DNA from: Jatrophihabitans sp.
GTDB lineage: Bacteria; Actinomycetota; Actinomycetes; Mycobacteriales; Jatrophihabitantaceae
Length of the DNA stretch: 64,000 nt
Reading direction: 5' to 3'
Assembly (NCBI GenBank): GCA_036502295.1
Contig: DASXYU010000085.1
Location: 387-64,386 of the forward strand
The notes beneath the pieces are model-generated. The model saw only the letters and a list, made by a program, of their open reading frames with translations. It ran no database searches and was not told the origin of the DNA. Positions 55,798 through 64,000 of the stretch are shown here, piece by piece. Position 1 is the stretch's first letter. Every line of letters starts with the position of its first letter. Made by a program: the position numbers and the translations under genes.

Positions 55798-58161
55798 GTA
55801 GTTACTGCTGTAGCTGTTGTAGAACTCAAGCTGCTGGTACAGCACCTTCGTCGTCCCGGTGGCGGAGTTGGCGGGGACGATCGGTCTGGCCAGTGCGGCA
55901 TCAGGACTGCTCTTGAGCACGGTGAACGCGGAGAAAGTCGTACCGTCCCACAGCGCACTGCCGACGTACCAGGCACCGGTGGCGAGGTCCTGCCAGGCGA
56001 CGTAGACCGTGTCGTCGGGGCCGAAGGAGAGGCCCGCGATGTAGTGCCCCTCCTGGTCGGTGCCGAAGGGATTGCCGCTGGGCGGGCCCCACGGCGAAAT
56101 GAACCAGTTGGTACTCGTGGAGTCGTAGGTGACGACGTGGTAGCTCGCGAGCTGGTTGGGATCCGCGAGCGACCACTCGCCGAAACCGACCACGGGCTTG
56201 CCGTCGAGCAACCCGATATCGAGCAGGCGGACGTCGTCGCCGGCGGGCACGGCGTAGGCCTTCGAGAGGTTGGGCACGTCTGTCTTGCGTGGGTCCAGGT
56301 TCGGTCCGGGCAGGCCGCTGCTACCGATCGCAGTGCTCCCCAACCTGCCGATGACATCGCCCTGCGCGTCGCTGACCGTTCCGCTGGCGAGATCGATGCG
56401 ACCGTAGAAGAGGTCATGGATGGTGGAGTTCGTCGGGTGACCGTAGAACGCGAACTGGTACTGCCCGGCGTCCGTGAGGGGTCGGAGCAGCATGTAGACC
56501 TGTCCCGCTCCGGTCGTGTCGATGAGTGAGTACACCGAACTCCACGTCGCGCCCCAGTCGTGACTGATGACGTAATCCCAGCTCTCGGAGCCGCTCCGGG
56601 TCAGCAGGACGATCTCGGACCCGAACTGCATCACCTGGGTGTACGTGACGAGGTTGCCGAACTGGATCGTCTGCGCCGTGCCCATCGCCAACGTGCTGCG
56701 GTTCACCGATCGGTACCGCACGAAGGTGTCGCCGTTGTGCGCCGTGTAGAACACCAGGATGTTCGACTGCCCGGAGTCGAATGCGACCGCAGGCGTGCTG
56801 TGTTCGTCCGCCTTCACGTCACCGAGATCGGCCGTCGTCGTCGTCCCCAGCGAACGGTCGATACGAGAGATCTGAACGGTGCCGTAGTGGTTGATGCTTC
56901 CGAGCCACGTGACCGGGCCGTCATCGACCGCACTCGGTGAAGCCCACCAGGTGTAACCGGCGTCGGCGACACCCGGCAGGGGATCGGCGCCGCCCTTGAT
57001 GAAGAAGTAGAAGCCCGCGCTGCCGCCGGCCGCAGTGAGGGTCACGTGGTAGAGCCCGGTCGGGCGACCCACCGGCAACTTGGGCACCGTGATGATGACC
57101 TGGGTGTCGGAGTTCGCGGCGACGGAGATAGCGGCGAAGGGCTTCGCCGAGGCCTCCGTCGCGGAGGTGAAGGTAACGCCCCGTGTCGTGGCGAGATTCA
57201 TCCCTGCGACGGTCACCTGGGTACCCGCCGTGACGGAGGCGGCAGCCCACGCCGGGGTCATCGACTGGACGGTCGGCGGCTTCACGTACCGATAGAGGGT
57301 GGTGCTGTTGCTGCTGCCGCCGGGGGTCACCACGGTGATCGGCACTGAGGACGGCGTTCCCTTCGGCGGCTTCACGGTGATCTTGTTCGAGGAGACGTTC
57401 TTCAGAGCCGAACCTGCCGCACTGCCGAAGTAGACCTTGCTGGCGTGCGACAGGGCGGAGCCGCTGATCGTCACGGTGTTGCCGGCCACGACCGGGCCGG
57501 CCGTGGGCGTCACCGCCTTCACCGCGGGACGCGCGTAGTAGATGAAGGTCGCGCGCGGATCAGCGAGGCTCTTGCGCCCGCCGCGGGTGAGGAGCTGGAT
57601 CTTCGCCGTCGCGGCGGCATGCTTCGGCGCGGTGACGCCGAGCTTGGTGTTCGAGACGACGCGAAGCGCGGTGCCGCGGACACCGCCGAAGAGGACGGCT
57701 TTGACGTTGCGGAAGCCCTTGCCGGTGAGCGTCACGCGGGTGCCGCCGGCGGGTGATCCACCGCTGGGTGAGGACTTCAGGATGTAGCCCGCACGGTGGA
57801 ACGCGTAGTGGTCCGTCTTCTTGCGCGGTGACGTCCCTGACGAGGTGACGACTCGGACGTCGACCGTGCCGGCGGCGTGCTTCGGCGCGACGACGGTGAG
57901 CACGGTGCTCGACAGCACCTTCACCTTGTGGCCCCGGGTACTGCCGAAGAGGACGCGGGTGACGTGGGTGAATCCGTGGCCTCGCACCGTGATCTTGTTG
58001 CCGCCGGCCGGGACGTCATCGTGGATCGACAGGCTGGCGATCGTCGGGTGCGGAGTTGCTGCCCGGGCCGGGGCCGCAGGAAGGGCCGTGAGCAGAACCG
58101 CCCCGAAAGCCAGCAATGCCGCCGAAACCAGCAGAACAAGGACTCGACGCATCGGGTACAT
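55777..58161 (-). CDS. Secreted protein with four IPT/TIG repeats and a C-terminal BNR/sialidase-like beta-propeller region
   Basis: Signal peptide, then about 85-aa repeats (GGNKITVRGHGF...VLFG...VVAPKHAAGTVDV). The C-terminal ~400 aa include the Asp-box-like SHDWGATW. Confidence 0.8.
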   Translation of the reverse strand: MYPMRRVLVLLVSAALLAFGAVLLTALPAAPARAATPHPTIASLSIHDDVPAGGNKITVRGHGFTHVTRVLFGSTRGHKVKVLSSTVLTVVAPKHAAGTVDVRVVTSSGTSPRKKTDHYAFHRAGYILKSSPSGGSPAGGTRVTLTGKGFRNVKAVLFGGVRGTALRVVSNTKLGVTAPKHAAATAKIQLLTRGGRKSLADPRATFIYYARPAVKAVTPTAGPVVAGNTVTISGSALSHASKVYFGSAAGSALKNVSSNKITVKPPKGTPSSVPITVVTPGGSSNSTTLYRYVKPPTVQSMTPAWAAASVTAGTQVTVAGMNLATTRGVTFTSATEASAKPFAAISVAANSDTQVIITVPKLPVGRPTGLYHVTLTAAGGSAGFYFFIKGGADPLPGVADAGYTWWASPSAVDDGPVTWLGSINHYGTVQISRIDRSLGTTTTADLGDVKADEHSTPAVAFDSGQSNILVFYTAHNGDTFVRYRSVNRSTLAMGTAQTIQFGNLVTYTQVMQFGSEIVLLTRSGSESWDYVISHDWGATWSSVYSLIDTTGAGQVYMLLRPLTDAGQYQFAFYGHPTNSTIHDLFYGRIDLASGTVSDAQGDVIGRLGSTAIGSSGLPGPNLDPRKTDVPNLSKAYAVPAGDDVRLLDIGLLDGKPVVGFGEWSLADPNQLASYHVVTYDSTSTNWFISPWGPPSGNPFGTDQEGHYIAGLSFGPDDTVYVAWQDLATGAWYVGSALWDGTTFSAFTVLKSSPDAALARPIVPANSATGTTKVLYQQLEFYNSYSSNYSVTFWG

Positions 58162-58217
58162 GTTAAGAGAGAGCGGTGAGGGCGCGGTTAGGCACGCTCA
58201 CGGCCTTGCCAGATTTG

Positions 58218-59909
58218 TCAGTTTGGTCGCCGCACGATGACGGCGGACTCGCCCGGTAGCGCGCCGTCCCTGACCCGCCCACCACCGGTGGCGAGGACGA
58301 CCGTGCCGTCCTGGGCGAACTCGACCTCACCGCCGGAGAGGTTGGCGATCACGGCGAACGCGCCGCGATGCACATGCAGGACGCGGTCGGCGACGTCGAA
58401 GGCAACGCGAATCCGTCGTAGGTCCGGATCGCGCAGGTCCGGCTCCGCGGCGCGCAGCGCGATCAGCTCGCGGTAGAGCGCGAGCATCTCTGCGTGGGCC
58501 GGCTCCTCGCGCTCGTTCCAGCGCAGGATCGCCTCCTCGTAGGCGCGCGGATCCTGCGGATCGATCATCGCCGCGACGTCCCAGCCGTGCTCCGCGAACT
58601 CACGTAGCCTTCCGGCGCCGACCGCCGCGGCAAGTTCGGGTTCGGGGTGCGAGGTGAAGAACGGCCAGCGCGTCGAGGCCGCCCACTCCTCGCCCATCCA
58701 GAGCATCGGCGTGAACGGCGAGGTGAGTAGCAGCACCGCGCCGACCTTCACCAGTCCGGGAGAGGTGAGCTCCGGCAGCCGGTCGCCGACGGCGCGATTG
58801 CCGACCTGGTCGTGGTTCTGCAAGCAGACGACGAAGCGGCTGCCCGGCGTCGTCGGGTCGACCGGCCGTCCCCAGTTCTCGCCGCGGAAGGAGGAGTAGC
58901 TGCCGTCGTGGAGGAAGGCGCGCGTGAGCACCTTCGGTAGCGCTTCCGTATCGGCGAAGTCCTTGTAGTAGCCGCGGGTCTCGCCGGTGAGGGCGACGTG
59001 CAGCGCATGGTGCACGTCGTCGTCCCATTGCGCGTCCAGCCCCCACTCGTCCACGACGCGCTGGACGTCGTTGAGGTCGGACTCGGCGATGAGGGTCACC
59101 GTCCGGCCACGCTCCTCGGCGAAGGCGTGCACCTCGTCAGCGAGGACGGCGAGGACGTGGCGCGGTGAGCTGTCACCGATCGCATGTACCGCATCGAGGC
59201 GCAGTCCGTCGACGTGAAAGTCGCGGATCCACATGAGCGCGTTGTCGACGACGAAACGTCGGACCTCCGGCTGCTCGACGTTGACGAGATCGCCCCACGT
59301 GTTGGTCCCGTCCTTGAGATAGGGACCGAAGCGGGGAAGGTAGTTCCCGGACGGGCCGAGATGGTTGTAGACCACGTCGAGGATCACCGCGAGGCCGAGC
59401 GCGTGCGCGGCGTCGACGAAGCGTTTCAACGCATCGGGACCGCCGTACGCGGCATGCACCGCATACCAGTCGACTCCGTCGTATCCCCAGTTCCAGATTC
59501 CGTTGAAAGCGTTCAGCGGTAGCAGCTCAACATGTGTGATGCCGAGGTCGACCAGGTCACCGAGGTGGCCGATCGCGGAGTCGAGCGTGGCGCCCGGAGT
59601 GAAGGTGCCGATGTGCAACTCGTAGACGACGGCGCCCTCCCACGGGCGGCCGCGCCATTCCGTGTCGCTCCAGTCGTAGAGCGACTGGTCATAGGCACGG
59701 CTCGTGCCGTGTACACCCGCAGGCTGCCACCGCGAGGCAGGGTCGGGCAGCGCGTCGGTTCCGTCGAGGACGAAGGCATAGTCGGCTCCGTGCGGCAGCT
59801 CCGGGCCGATCCACCAGCCCTGCGGGTCGGAGGTCAGCACCACGTCCTCACCGTTGCTGCGGAGCGCGACGGTCGAAGCGCGAGGTGCCCACACCCTGAT
59901 CTGCTGCAT
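58218..59909 (-). CDS. treZ: Malto-oligosyltrehalose trehalohydrolase
   Basis: MQQIRVWAP..., GH13 motifs DVVYNHLGPSGNY, GLRLDAVHAI, AESDLND. ATG 59909 chosen. The 313-codon upstream extension is antisense to ppk2 and was rejected. Confidence 0.92.
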   Translation of the reverse strand: MQQIRVWAPRASTVALRSNGEDVVLTSDPQGWWIGPELPHGADYAFVLDGTDALPDPASRWQPAGVHGTSRAYDQSLYDWSDTEWRGRPWEGAVVYELHIGTFTPGATLDSAIGHLGDLVDLGITHVELLPLNAFNGIWNWGYDGVDWYAVHAAYGGPDALKRFVDAAHALGLAVILDVVYNHLGPSGNYLPRFGPYLKDGTNTWGDLVNVEQPEVRRFVVDNALMWIRDFHVDGLRLDAVHAIGDSSPRHVLAVLADEVHAFAEERGRTVTLIAESDLNDVQRVVDEWGLDAQWDDDVHHALHVALTGETRGYYKDFADTEALPKVLTRAFLHDGSYSSFRGENWGRPVDPTTPGSRFVVCLQNHDQVGNRAVGDRLPELTSPGLVKVGAVLLLTSPFTPMLWMGEEWAASTRWPFFTSHPEPELAAAVGAGRLREFAEHGWDVAAMIDPQDPRAYEEAILRWNEREEPAHAEMLALYRELIALRAAEPDLRDPDLRRIRVAFDVADRVLHVHRGAFAVIANLSGGEVEFAQDGTVVLATGGGRVRDGALPGESAVIVRRPN

Positions 59910-59948
59910 GCCTAGAGCCTTCCACTGGGAGGCCCTAGATTTACGGAT

Positions 59949-60791
59949 GTGGCTGAATCGATCAGGGACTTGCTTCGGGTACCGACCGGGCCGGTGAACC
60001 TCGCCGGCTACGAGACCAACGCGCCCCGCGGTGCGCCGCGCAAGAAGAGTGGCGAGATGAAGAAGCTGCGCACCAACGCGGTCTACCTCACCGAGCTGCA
60101 GGAACGCCTCTTCGCCGAGTCGACCGCGGGAGGCACGCGCAGCGTTCTGCTCGTGCTGCAAGGTATGGACACTGCGGGCAAGGGCGGTACGACCAACCAC
60201 GTCGTCGGCAGCTTCGGCCCGATCGGCGTCGAGTACACGGCCTTCAAGAAGCCCACCAGTGAGGAACTCAGCCACGACTTCCTTTGGCGCATCGACAAAC
60301 GTGTCCCGCCGCCCGGGCATGTCGGTGTCTTCGATCGCTCGCAGTACGAGGACGTCCTCGTCGTGCGGGTCCATGACCTCGTTGCGAAGTCGGAGTGGGA
60401 GTCGCGCTACGACCGCATCAACGAGTGGGAGGAGGGGCTCGTCGCCCGTGGCGTGACGATCGTGAAGTGCTTCTTGCACATCTCCTTCAAGACGCAGCGC
60501 GAACGGCTGCTCGCTCGACTGGCCGAACCCTCGAAGCACTGGAAGTTCAATGCCGGTGACGTGGACGAGCGCGCGTACTGGTCGGAATACGCCGCCGCAT
60601 ACGAGGCGGCACTCACGAAGTGCAACACCGAGCATGCCCCCTGGTACGTCGTGCCGGGCGACGACAAGTCCTACCGCAACTGGGCGGTGTCGGAGTTGCT
60701 GCGCGAGACGCTCGAAGAGCTGGACCCGCAGTACCCGCAGCCCGACCTTGATATCGACAACCTGCGCGCGCGCCTCGCGCCTCCGAACTAG
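59949..60791 (+). CDS. ppk2: Polyphosphate kinase 2-family protein
   Basis: PPK2 Walker-A-like LQGMDTAGKGG, plus FDRSQYEDVLVVRVH and the lid region. GTG start. Confidence 0.9.
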   Translation: MAESIRDLLRVPTGPVNLAGYETNAPRGAPRKKSGEMKKLRTNAVYLTELQERLFAESTAGGTRSVLLVLQGMDTAGKGGTTNHVVGSFGPIGVEYTAFKKPTSEELSHDFLWRIDKRVPPPGHVGVFDRSQYEDVLVVRVHDLVAKSEWESRYDRINEWEEGLVARGVTIVKCFLHISFKTQRERLLARLAEPSKHWKFNAGDVDERAYWSEYAAAYEAALTKCNTEHAPWYVVPGDDKSYRNWAVSELLRETLEELDPQYPQPDLDIDNLRARLAPPN

Positions 60792-60794
60792 TGC

Positions 60795-60848
60795 TTGATC
60801 AACACGCTCGTATCGTTCGGATCTGAACGATACGAGCGTGTTGATCAA
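60795..60848. terminator. 54-nt perfect palindrome (24-bp arms, 6-nt loop) between convergent ppk2 and treY
   Basis: TTGATCAACACGCTCGTATCGTTC-GGATCT-GAACGATACGAGCGTGTTGATCAA. It begins 3 nt after the ppk2 TAG and contains the treY stop codon (TCA on the plus strand, 60845-60847). Confidence 0.75.
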
Positions 60849-62941
60849 CGGGTGAGCAACGCCACGGGGTACGTGGAGAGGATCTCGGCCAGCGCGGTCG
60901 CGCCGCTGAAGGTACGGCCGGTGAGGACGTCGGTGCGGGGGGCGGTCAGAGGCAGCGTCGTGCTAGCCCAGCCACCGTGGGTTTCGAGGGCGATAGGCAG
61001 TCGGGTGGCGACGGTGATCGCGCTACCTCGGTCGAAGGCGACGGCGTGGCGGGCGGCGGGGCCGACGGCGTCGATCGGGTCATAGTCCGCGAAGTATTCG
61101 GGATGATCGCGGCGCAGCCGAAGCGCGCGCGACGTGATCCAGAGTTTGGCATCGCCGCTGGCATCGACCGGCGGAGGCGTGCCGGCCGAGTCGAGCGCAG
61201 CGAGGCGCTGTGTCAGCGCGGTGAAGTCGACCGGTCGCCGGTTGTCGGGGTCGACGAGGGAGTAGTCCCAGCTCTCGTTGCCCTGGTAGAGGTCGGGGAC
61301 GCCGGGCATCGTGAGCTGCACGAGCTTCTGGCTCAGCGAGTTCACCCAGCCGTAGGGGGTGATCCGATCGATGAACTCACCCAGCGGGACGTGCAGCGCC
61401 GGGTCCTCATAGGCGCGGTCGACCACGGCATGCACCATCGACTCGAACGCGAGGTCCGGTGCCGTCCACGTTGTCGAGGTCCCGGCTTCGCGCATCGCTT
61501 TCTCGAGGTAGGCATGCATGCGTTCCTGTCCGATGAGTCCCGCGCCGGCGAACGTCTGCCACAGCAGGTATGCGAACGGCGCGTCGGGCAGCGGCGCCTC
61601 CGCCATCAGCGCCGCGGCGAGTGCCGACCACTCCTCGGGAATCTCGGCGAGGACGGCAAGGCGCGCGCGGACGTCCTCGGAACGCTTCGTGTCGTGGGTC
61701 GATAGGGTTGTCATCGACGACGGGTTGGCCTGCTGGCGGTAGAGCTGCGCCCCGTGGAAGTCATCGACCGTGGCACCGATCGCCCCGGGATCACCACCCA
61801 CCTCGTTGAGGGCGACGAAGCGCGTGAAGCGATAGAACGCAGTGTCTTCGAGACCCTTCGCCATCACCGCACCGGAGGTCTGTTGGAAGCGGACGCAAAG
61901 CTCGTCGGTGGGATCGTCGAGGCGCGCGGCGAGTTCGGTGACCGCGTCGGTGAGTTCCGGCGCCTCCTCGAGCGCCTTGGTGATGGCGACGGCGAGATAC
62001 GTCGGATCCTCGGGGAGGTAGGTGCGGTACGCGGGAAACGCCACCAGCAGCGCGGTGAGTGCCTCAGCGGCATCTTCGACGGTGGGGGCGAGACGGGCCA
62101 GGCGCTCGACCTCGGGACGGAGCATTCCCTCTGCGACCTCACGCTTCGCGGCTCCTATGCAGTCCGCGTAACCCTGATCATGGTCGACGAGGACGCGGTA
62201 GATGTCGGTGAGCGGCGTCTGCGCGTCGGGATCCACGAAGAGGGCGTTCAGTTCGGTGAGTGCCTCGTAGCCGGTCGTGCCCGCTACCGGCCACGACTCG
62301 ACGAGGTCCTCGCCGGCCTCCAAGATCTTCTCGACGACCAGCCAGCAGTCGTCGCCAACCTGCGCGTGGAGCCGCTCGAAATAGCGGCGCGGATCCGCGA
62401 GTCCGTCCGGGTGATCGATCCGCAGCCCGTCCACGCCATCCTCGCGCACCCAGCGCAGGATCGCCGCGTGCGTGGCGTCGAAGACCGCGTCGTCCTCCTG
62501 ACGTAGTCCCGCGAGGCTGTCGACGGCGAAGAACCGCCGGTAGCGAAGCATCTGCCCGCCCCGCCACTCGATGTCGAACCAGGGTGCGTAAGGCGAGTCG
62601 GGGCCATCGGCCAGGACCGAGGCCCAGGCCGCGTTCTCGGCCGAGGCGGCGCAGTGGTTGGGGACGATGTCGACGACGACCTTCAGTCCGCTCGCGCGCG
62701 CCGCCGCCAGGAACGCCGTCCAGCCCTCCTCGCCGCCGCGTTGCGGATCGATGCCGTCCCAAGCGATCACGTCATAGCCGTGGTCTGACCCTGTCACCGA
62801 CGGCAGCAGCGGGGAGAGGTAGACGCCGTCGGAGCCCAGGGCCGTCAGGTAGCCGCAGAACTCTGCCGCCGCATGAAGGTCCCAGGACGGACGGATCTGC
62901 AACCGGTACGTAGAGGCCGGGACCATCGTCAGTCCACGCAC
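60845..62941 (-). CDS. treY: Malto-oligosyltrehalose synthase
   Basis: STYRLQI N-terminus, DIVPNHCAA, GLRIDHPDGL. GTG 62941 lies 1 nt after the glgX stop; alternative ATG at 62926. Confidence 0.92.
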   Translation of the reverse strand: MRGLTMVPASTYRLQIRPSWDLHAAAEFCGYLTALGSDGVYLSPLLPSVTGSDHGYDVIAWDGIDPQRGGEEGWTAFLAAARASGLKVVVDIVPNHCAASAENAAWASVLADGPDSPYAPWFDIEWRGGQMLRYRRFFAVDSLAGLRQEDDAVFDATHAAILRWVREDGVDGLRIDHPDGLADPRRYFERLHAQVGDDCWLVVEKILEAGEDLVESWPVAGTTGYEALTELNALFVDPDAQTPLTDIYRVLVDHDQGYADCIGAAKREVAEGMLRPEVERLARLAPTVEDAAEALTALLVAFPAYRTYLPEDPTYLAVAITKALEEAPELTDAVTELAARLDDPTDELCVRFQQTSGAVMAKGLEDTAFYRFTRFVALNEVGGDPGAIGATVDDFHGAQLYRQQANPSSMTTLSTHDTKRSEDVRARLAVLAEIPEEWSALAAALMAEAPLPDAPFAYLLWQTFAGAGLIGQERMHAYLEKAMREAGTSTTWTAPDLAFESMVHAVVDRAYEDPALHVPLGEFIDRITPYGWVNSLSQKLVQLTMPGVPDLYQGNESWDYSLVDPDNRRPVDFTALTQRLAALDSAGTPPPVDASGDAKLWITSRALRLRRDHPEYFADYDPIDAVGPAARHAVAFDRGSAITVATRLPIALETHGGWASTTLPLTAPRTDVLTGRTFSGATALAEILSTYPVALLTR

Positions 62942-62942
62942 C

Positions 62943-64000
62943 TCAGTCGACCCTGCGGAGCACCATCAACGCCCGGGGACCCACGCTGATCGTCTCGCCG
63001 AAGCCGGGCTTCTCGACGCCGTCTGAGGGATCAAGGGTGTCGAGAACGACTTCCCAGGTGCGGGCGTACTCACCCGACGGCATCCGGAAATCGATCGGCT
63101 CGTCGTGGGCGCTGAAGCAGAGCAGGAACGAATCGTCCACCACGCGTTGCCCGCGCACGTCGGTGGTCGGGATGCCGAGGCCGTAGAGATAGACGGAGAT
63201 CGCCCGCCCGAAGCCCGACTCCCAGTCGGCCTCGGACATCTCCCGGCCGTCGGGGGTGAACCAGGCGATGTCCGGTAGTCCGCGGCGTCCTCGGCGCGAG
63301 ACCGGACGTCCGTCGAAGAAGCGACGGCGGCGAAAGACTGGGTGCTCGCGCCGCAGTGCGACGACGCGGCGGGTGAAGGCGAGCAGGTCGTCGTCGACCG
63401 AACTCCAGTCGATCCAGCTGAGCTTGCTGTCCTGGCAGTAGCTGTTGTTGTTGCCCTGCTGGGTGCGGCCGAGTTCGTCGCCGTGGGAGAGCATCGGCAC
63501 GCCTTGGCTGAGTAGCAGCGTGGCGAGCAGGTTGCGGCGCTGCCGGGCGCGCAGTTCGACGATCTCGGGATCATCGGTGGGACCTTCGACGCCACAGTTC
63601 CACGAGCGGTTGTGGTTTTCGCCGTCCGTGTTGTTGTCCTTGTTCGCCTCGTTGTGCTTGGCGTCATAGCTGACGAGGTCGAGCAGGGTGAAACCGTCGT
63701 GCGCGGTGACGAAGTTGATCGAGGCGACGGGCCGGCGGCCGGAGGATTCGTAGAGGTCGGCCGAGCCGGTGAGGCGGGCGGCGAACTCACCGATCGTCGC
63801 CGGCTCGCCGCGCCAGAAGTCGCGGACGGTGTCGCGGAACTTGCCGTTCCACTCCGTCCACTGCGGTGGGAAGTTGCCGACCTGGTAGCCGCCGGGGCCT
63901 ACGTCCCACGGCTCGGCGATGAGCTTCACCTGCGAAACGATCGGATCCTGCTGCACGAGTTCGAAGAAGGTCGAGAGGCGGTCGACGTCGTAGAACTCGC
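62943..64000 (-). CDS. glgX: Glycogen debranching enzyme GlgX/TreX (C-terminal part; 5' end outside window)
   Basis: KLIAEPWDVGPGGYQVGNFP, NFVTAHDGFTL, HGDELGRTQQGNNNSYCQD. The frame stays open to the window edge. Confidence 0.9.
   Translation of the reverse strand, partial: EFYDVDRLSTFFELVQQDPIVSQVKLIAEPWDVGPGGYQVGNFPPQWTEWNGKFRDTVRDFWRGEPATIGEFAARLTGSADLYESSGRRPVASINFVTAHDGFTLLDLVSYDAKHNEANKDNNTDGENHNRSWNCGVEGPTDDPEIVELRARQRRNLLATLLLSQGVPMLSHGDELGRTQQGNNNSYCQDSKLSWIDWSSVDDDLLAFTRRVVALRREHPVFRRRRFFDGRPVSRRGRRGLPDIAWFTPDGREMSEADWESGFGRAISVYLYGLGIPTTDVRGQRVVDDSFLLCFSAHDEPIDFRMPSGEYARTWEVVLDTLDPSDGVEKPGFGETISVGPRALMVLRRVD

Noticed and set aside
58218-60848. An 876-codon ORF suggesting a giant TreZ fusion protein.
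   Set aside because: Only the C-terminal 563 aa (from ATG 59909, MQQIRVWAP...) are TreZ-like. The upstream 313 codons are the antisense of the clearly recognisable ppk2 gene. They have the Arg/Val/Asp-rich composition typical of high-GC antisense frames.
60795-61085. Mirror-image small ORFs (MINTLVSF...) on both strands at 60795 and 60848, and a possible CRISPR-like or IS terminal repeat.
   Set aside because: Both ORFs are by-products of the single 54-nt palindrome. There is only one repeat unit, with no spacers and no transposase, so it is not a CRISPR array or a recognisable IS/MITE.
1-64000. Search for tRNA, rRNA, riboswitch leaders, prophage or IS elements.
   Set aside because: I found no T-loop/acceptor-like tRNA signatures and no rRNA-like segments. 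No long untranslated leader has recognisable riboswitch cores. No integrase, transposase, capsid or terminase-like ORFs are present. Intergenic regions are short throughout.

Overview
This is a high-GC actinobacterial chromosomal window that is almost fully coding. The backbone is the conserved actinobacterial core order: APC-like permease, RumA-like RNA methyltransferase, dxs, then RNase D, DUF3000, hemE, hemY and hemQ (coproporphyrin-dependent heme branch). As I recall, this is the arrangement of M. tuberculosis Rv2676c-Rv2690c. Between dxs and rnd lies a block of about 27 kb that looks accessory. It holds a two-component system; a CUT2-type ABC importer operon fused to an alpha-methylacyl-CoA-racemase-like family III CoA-transferase and an SDR; a GAF-PucR regulator; and a P450 / Baeyer-Villiger monooxygenase / acyl-CoA cluster with fadA-fadB. 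That cluster carries a gene set resembling lvaABCDE (acyl-CoA synthetase, SDR, APH-like kinase plus coupled small protein, ACAD). Downstream come an F420-type LLM oxidoreductase, msrB, a stand-alone LigD-type primase-polymerase, a thioesterase, a DMT transporter, a CFA-synthase-like methyltransferase, a TAP-type peptidase and a LigC-type ATP-dependent DNA ligase. The most unusual structure in the window is at the ligase start. The ligC 5' end is present three times in tandem. Each of the two intervening units of about 0.9-1.0 kb carries a different toxin-antitoxin pair (Phd/PIN, then RHH-DUF433/DUF5615). An identical 15-nt junction follows both truncated copies, and no recombinase is visible. 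The rest of the window holds DUF1003, a LuxR-family regulator, an alpha/beta hydrolase, a decayed SDR, an FKBP lipoprotein, a YciI-ECF sigma pair (the sigma has no canonical start for its conserved N-terminus), a RibD-C-like reductase, ZapE and a secreted IPT/TIG-BNR protein. It ends with the trehalose genes glgX-treY and treZ, which are interrupted by an opposite-strand ppk2 and a 54-nt perfect palindrome. I recognised no rRNA, tRNA, CRISPR array, transposase or integrase. All calls rest on reading the translated ORFs and the nucleotide sequence by eye; no searches were run.
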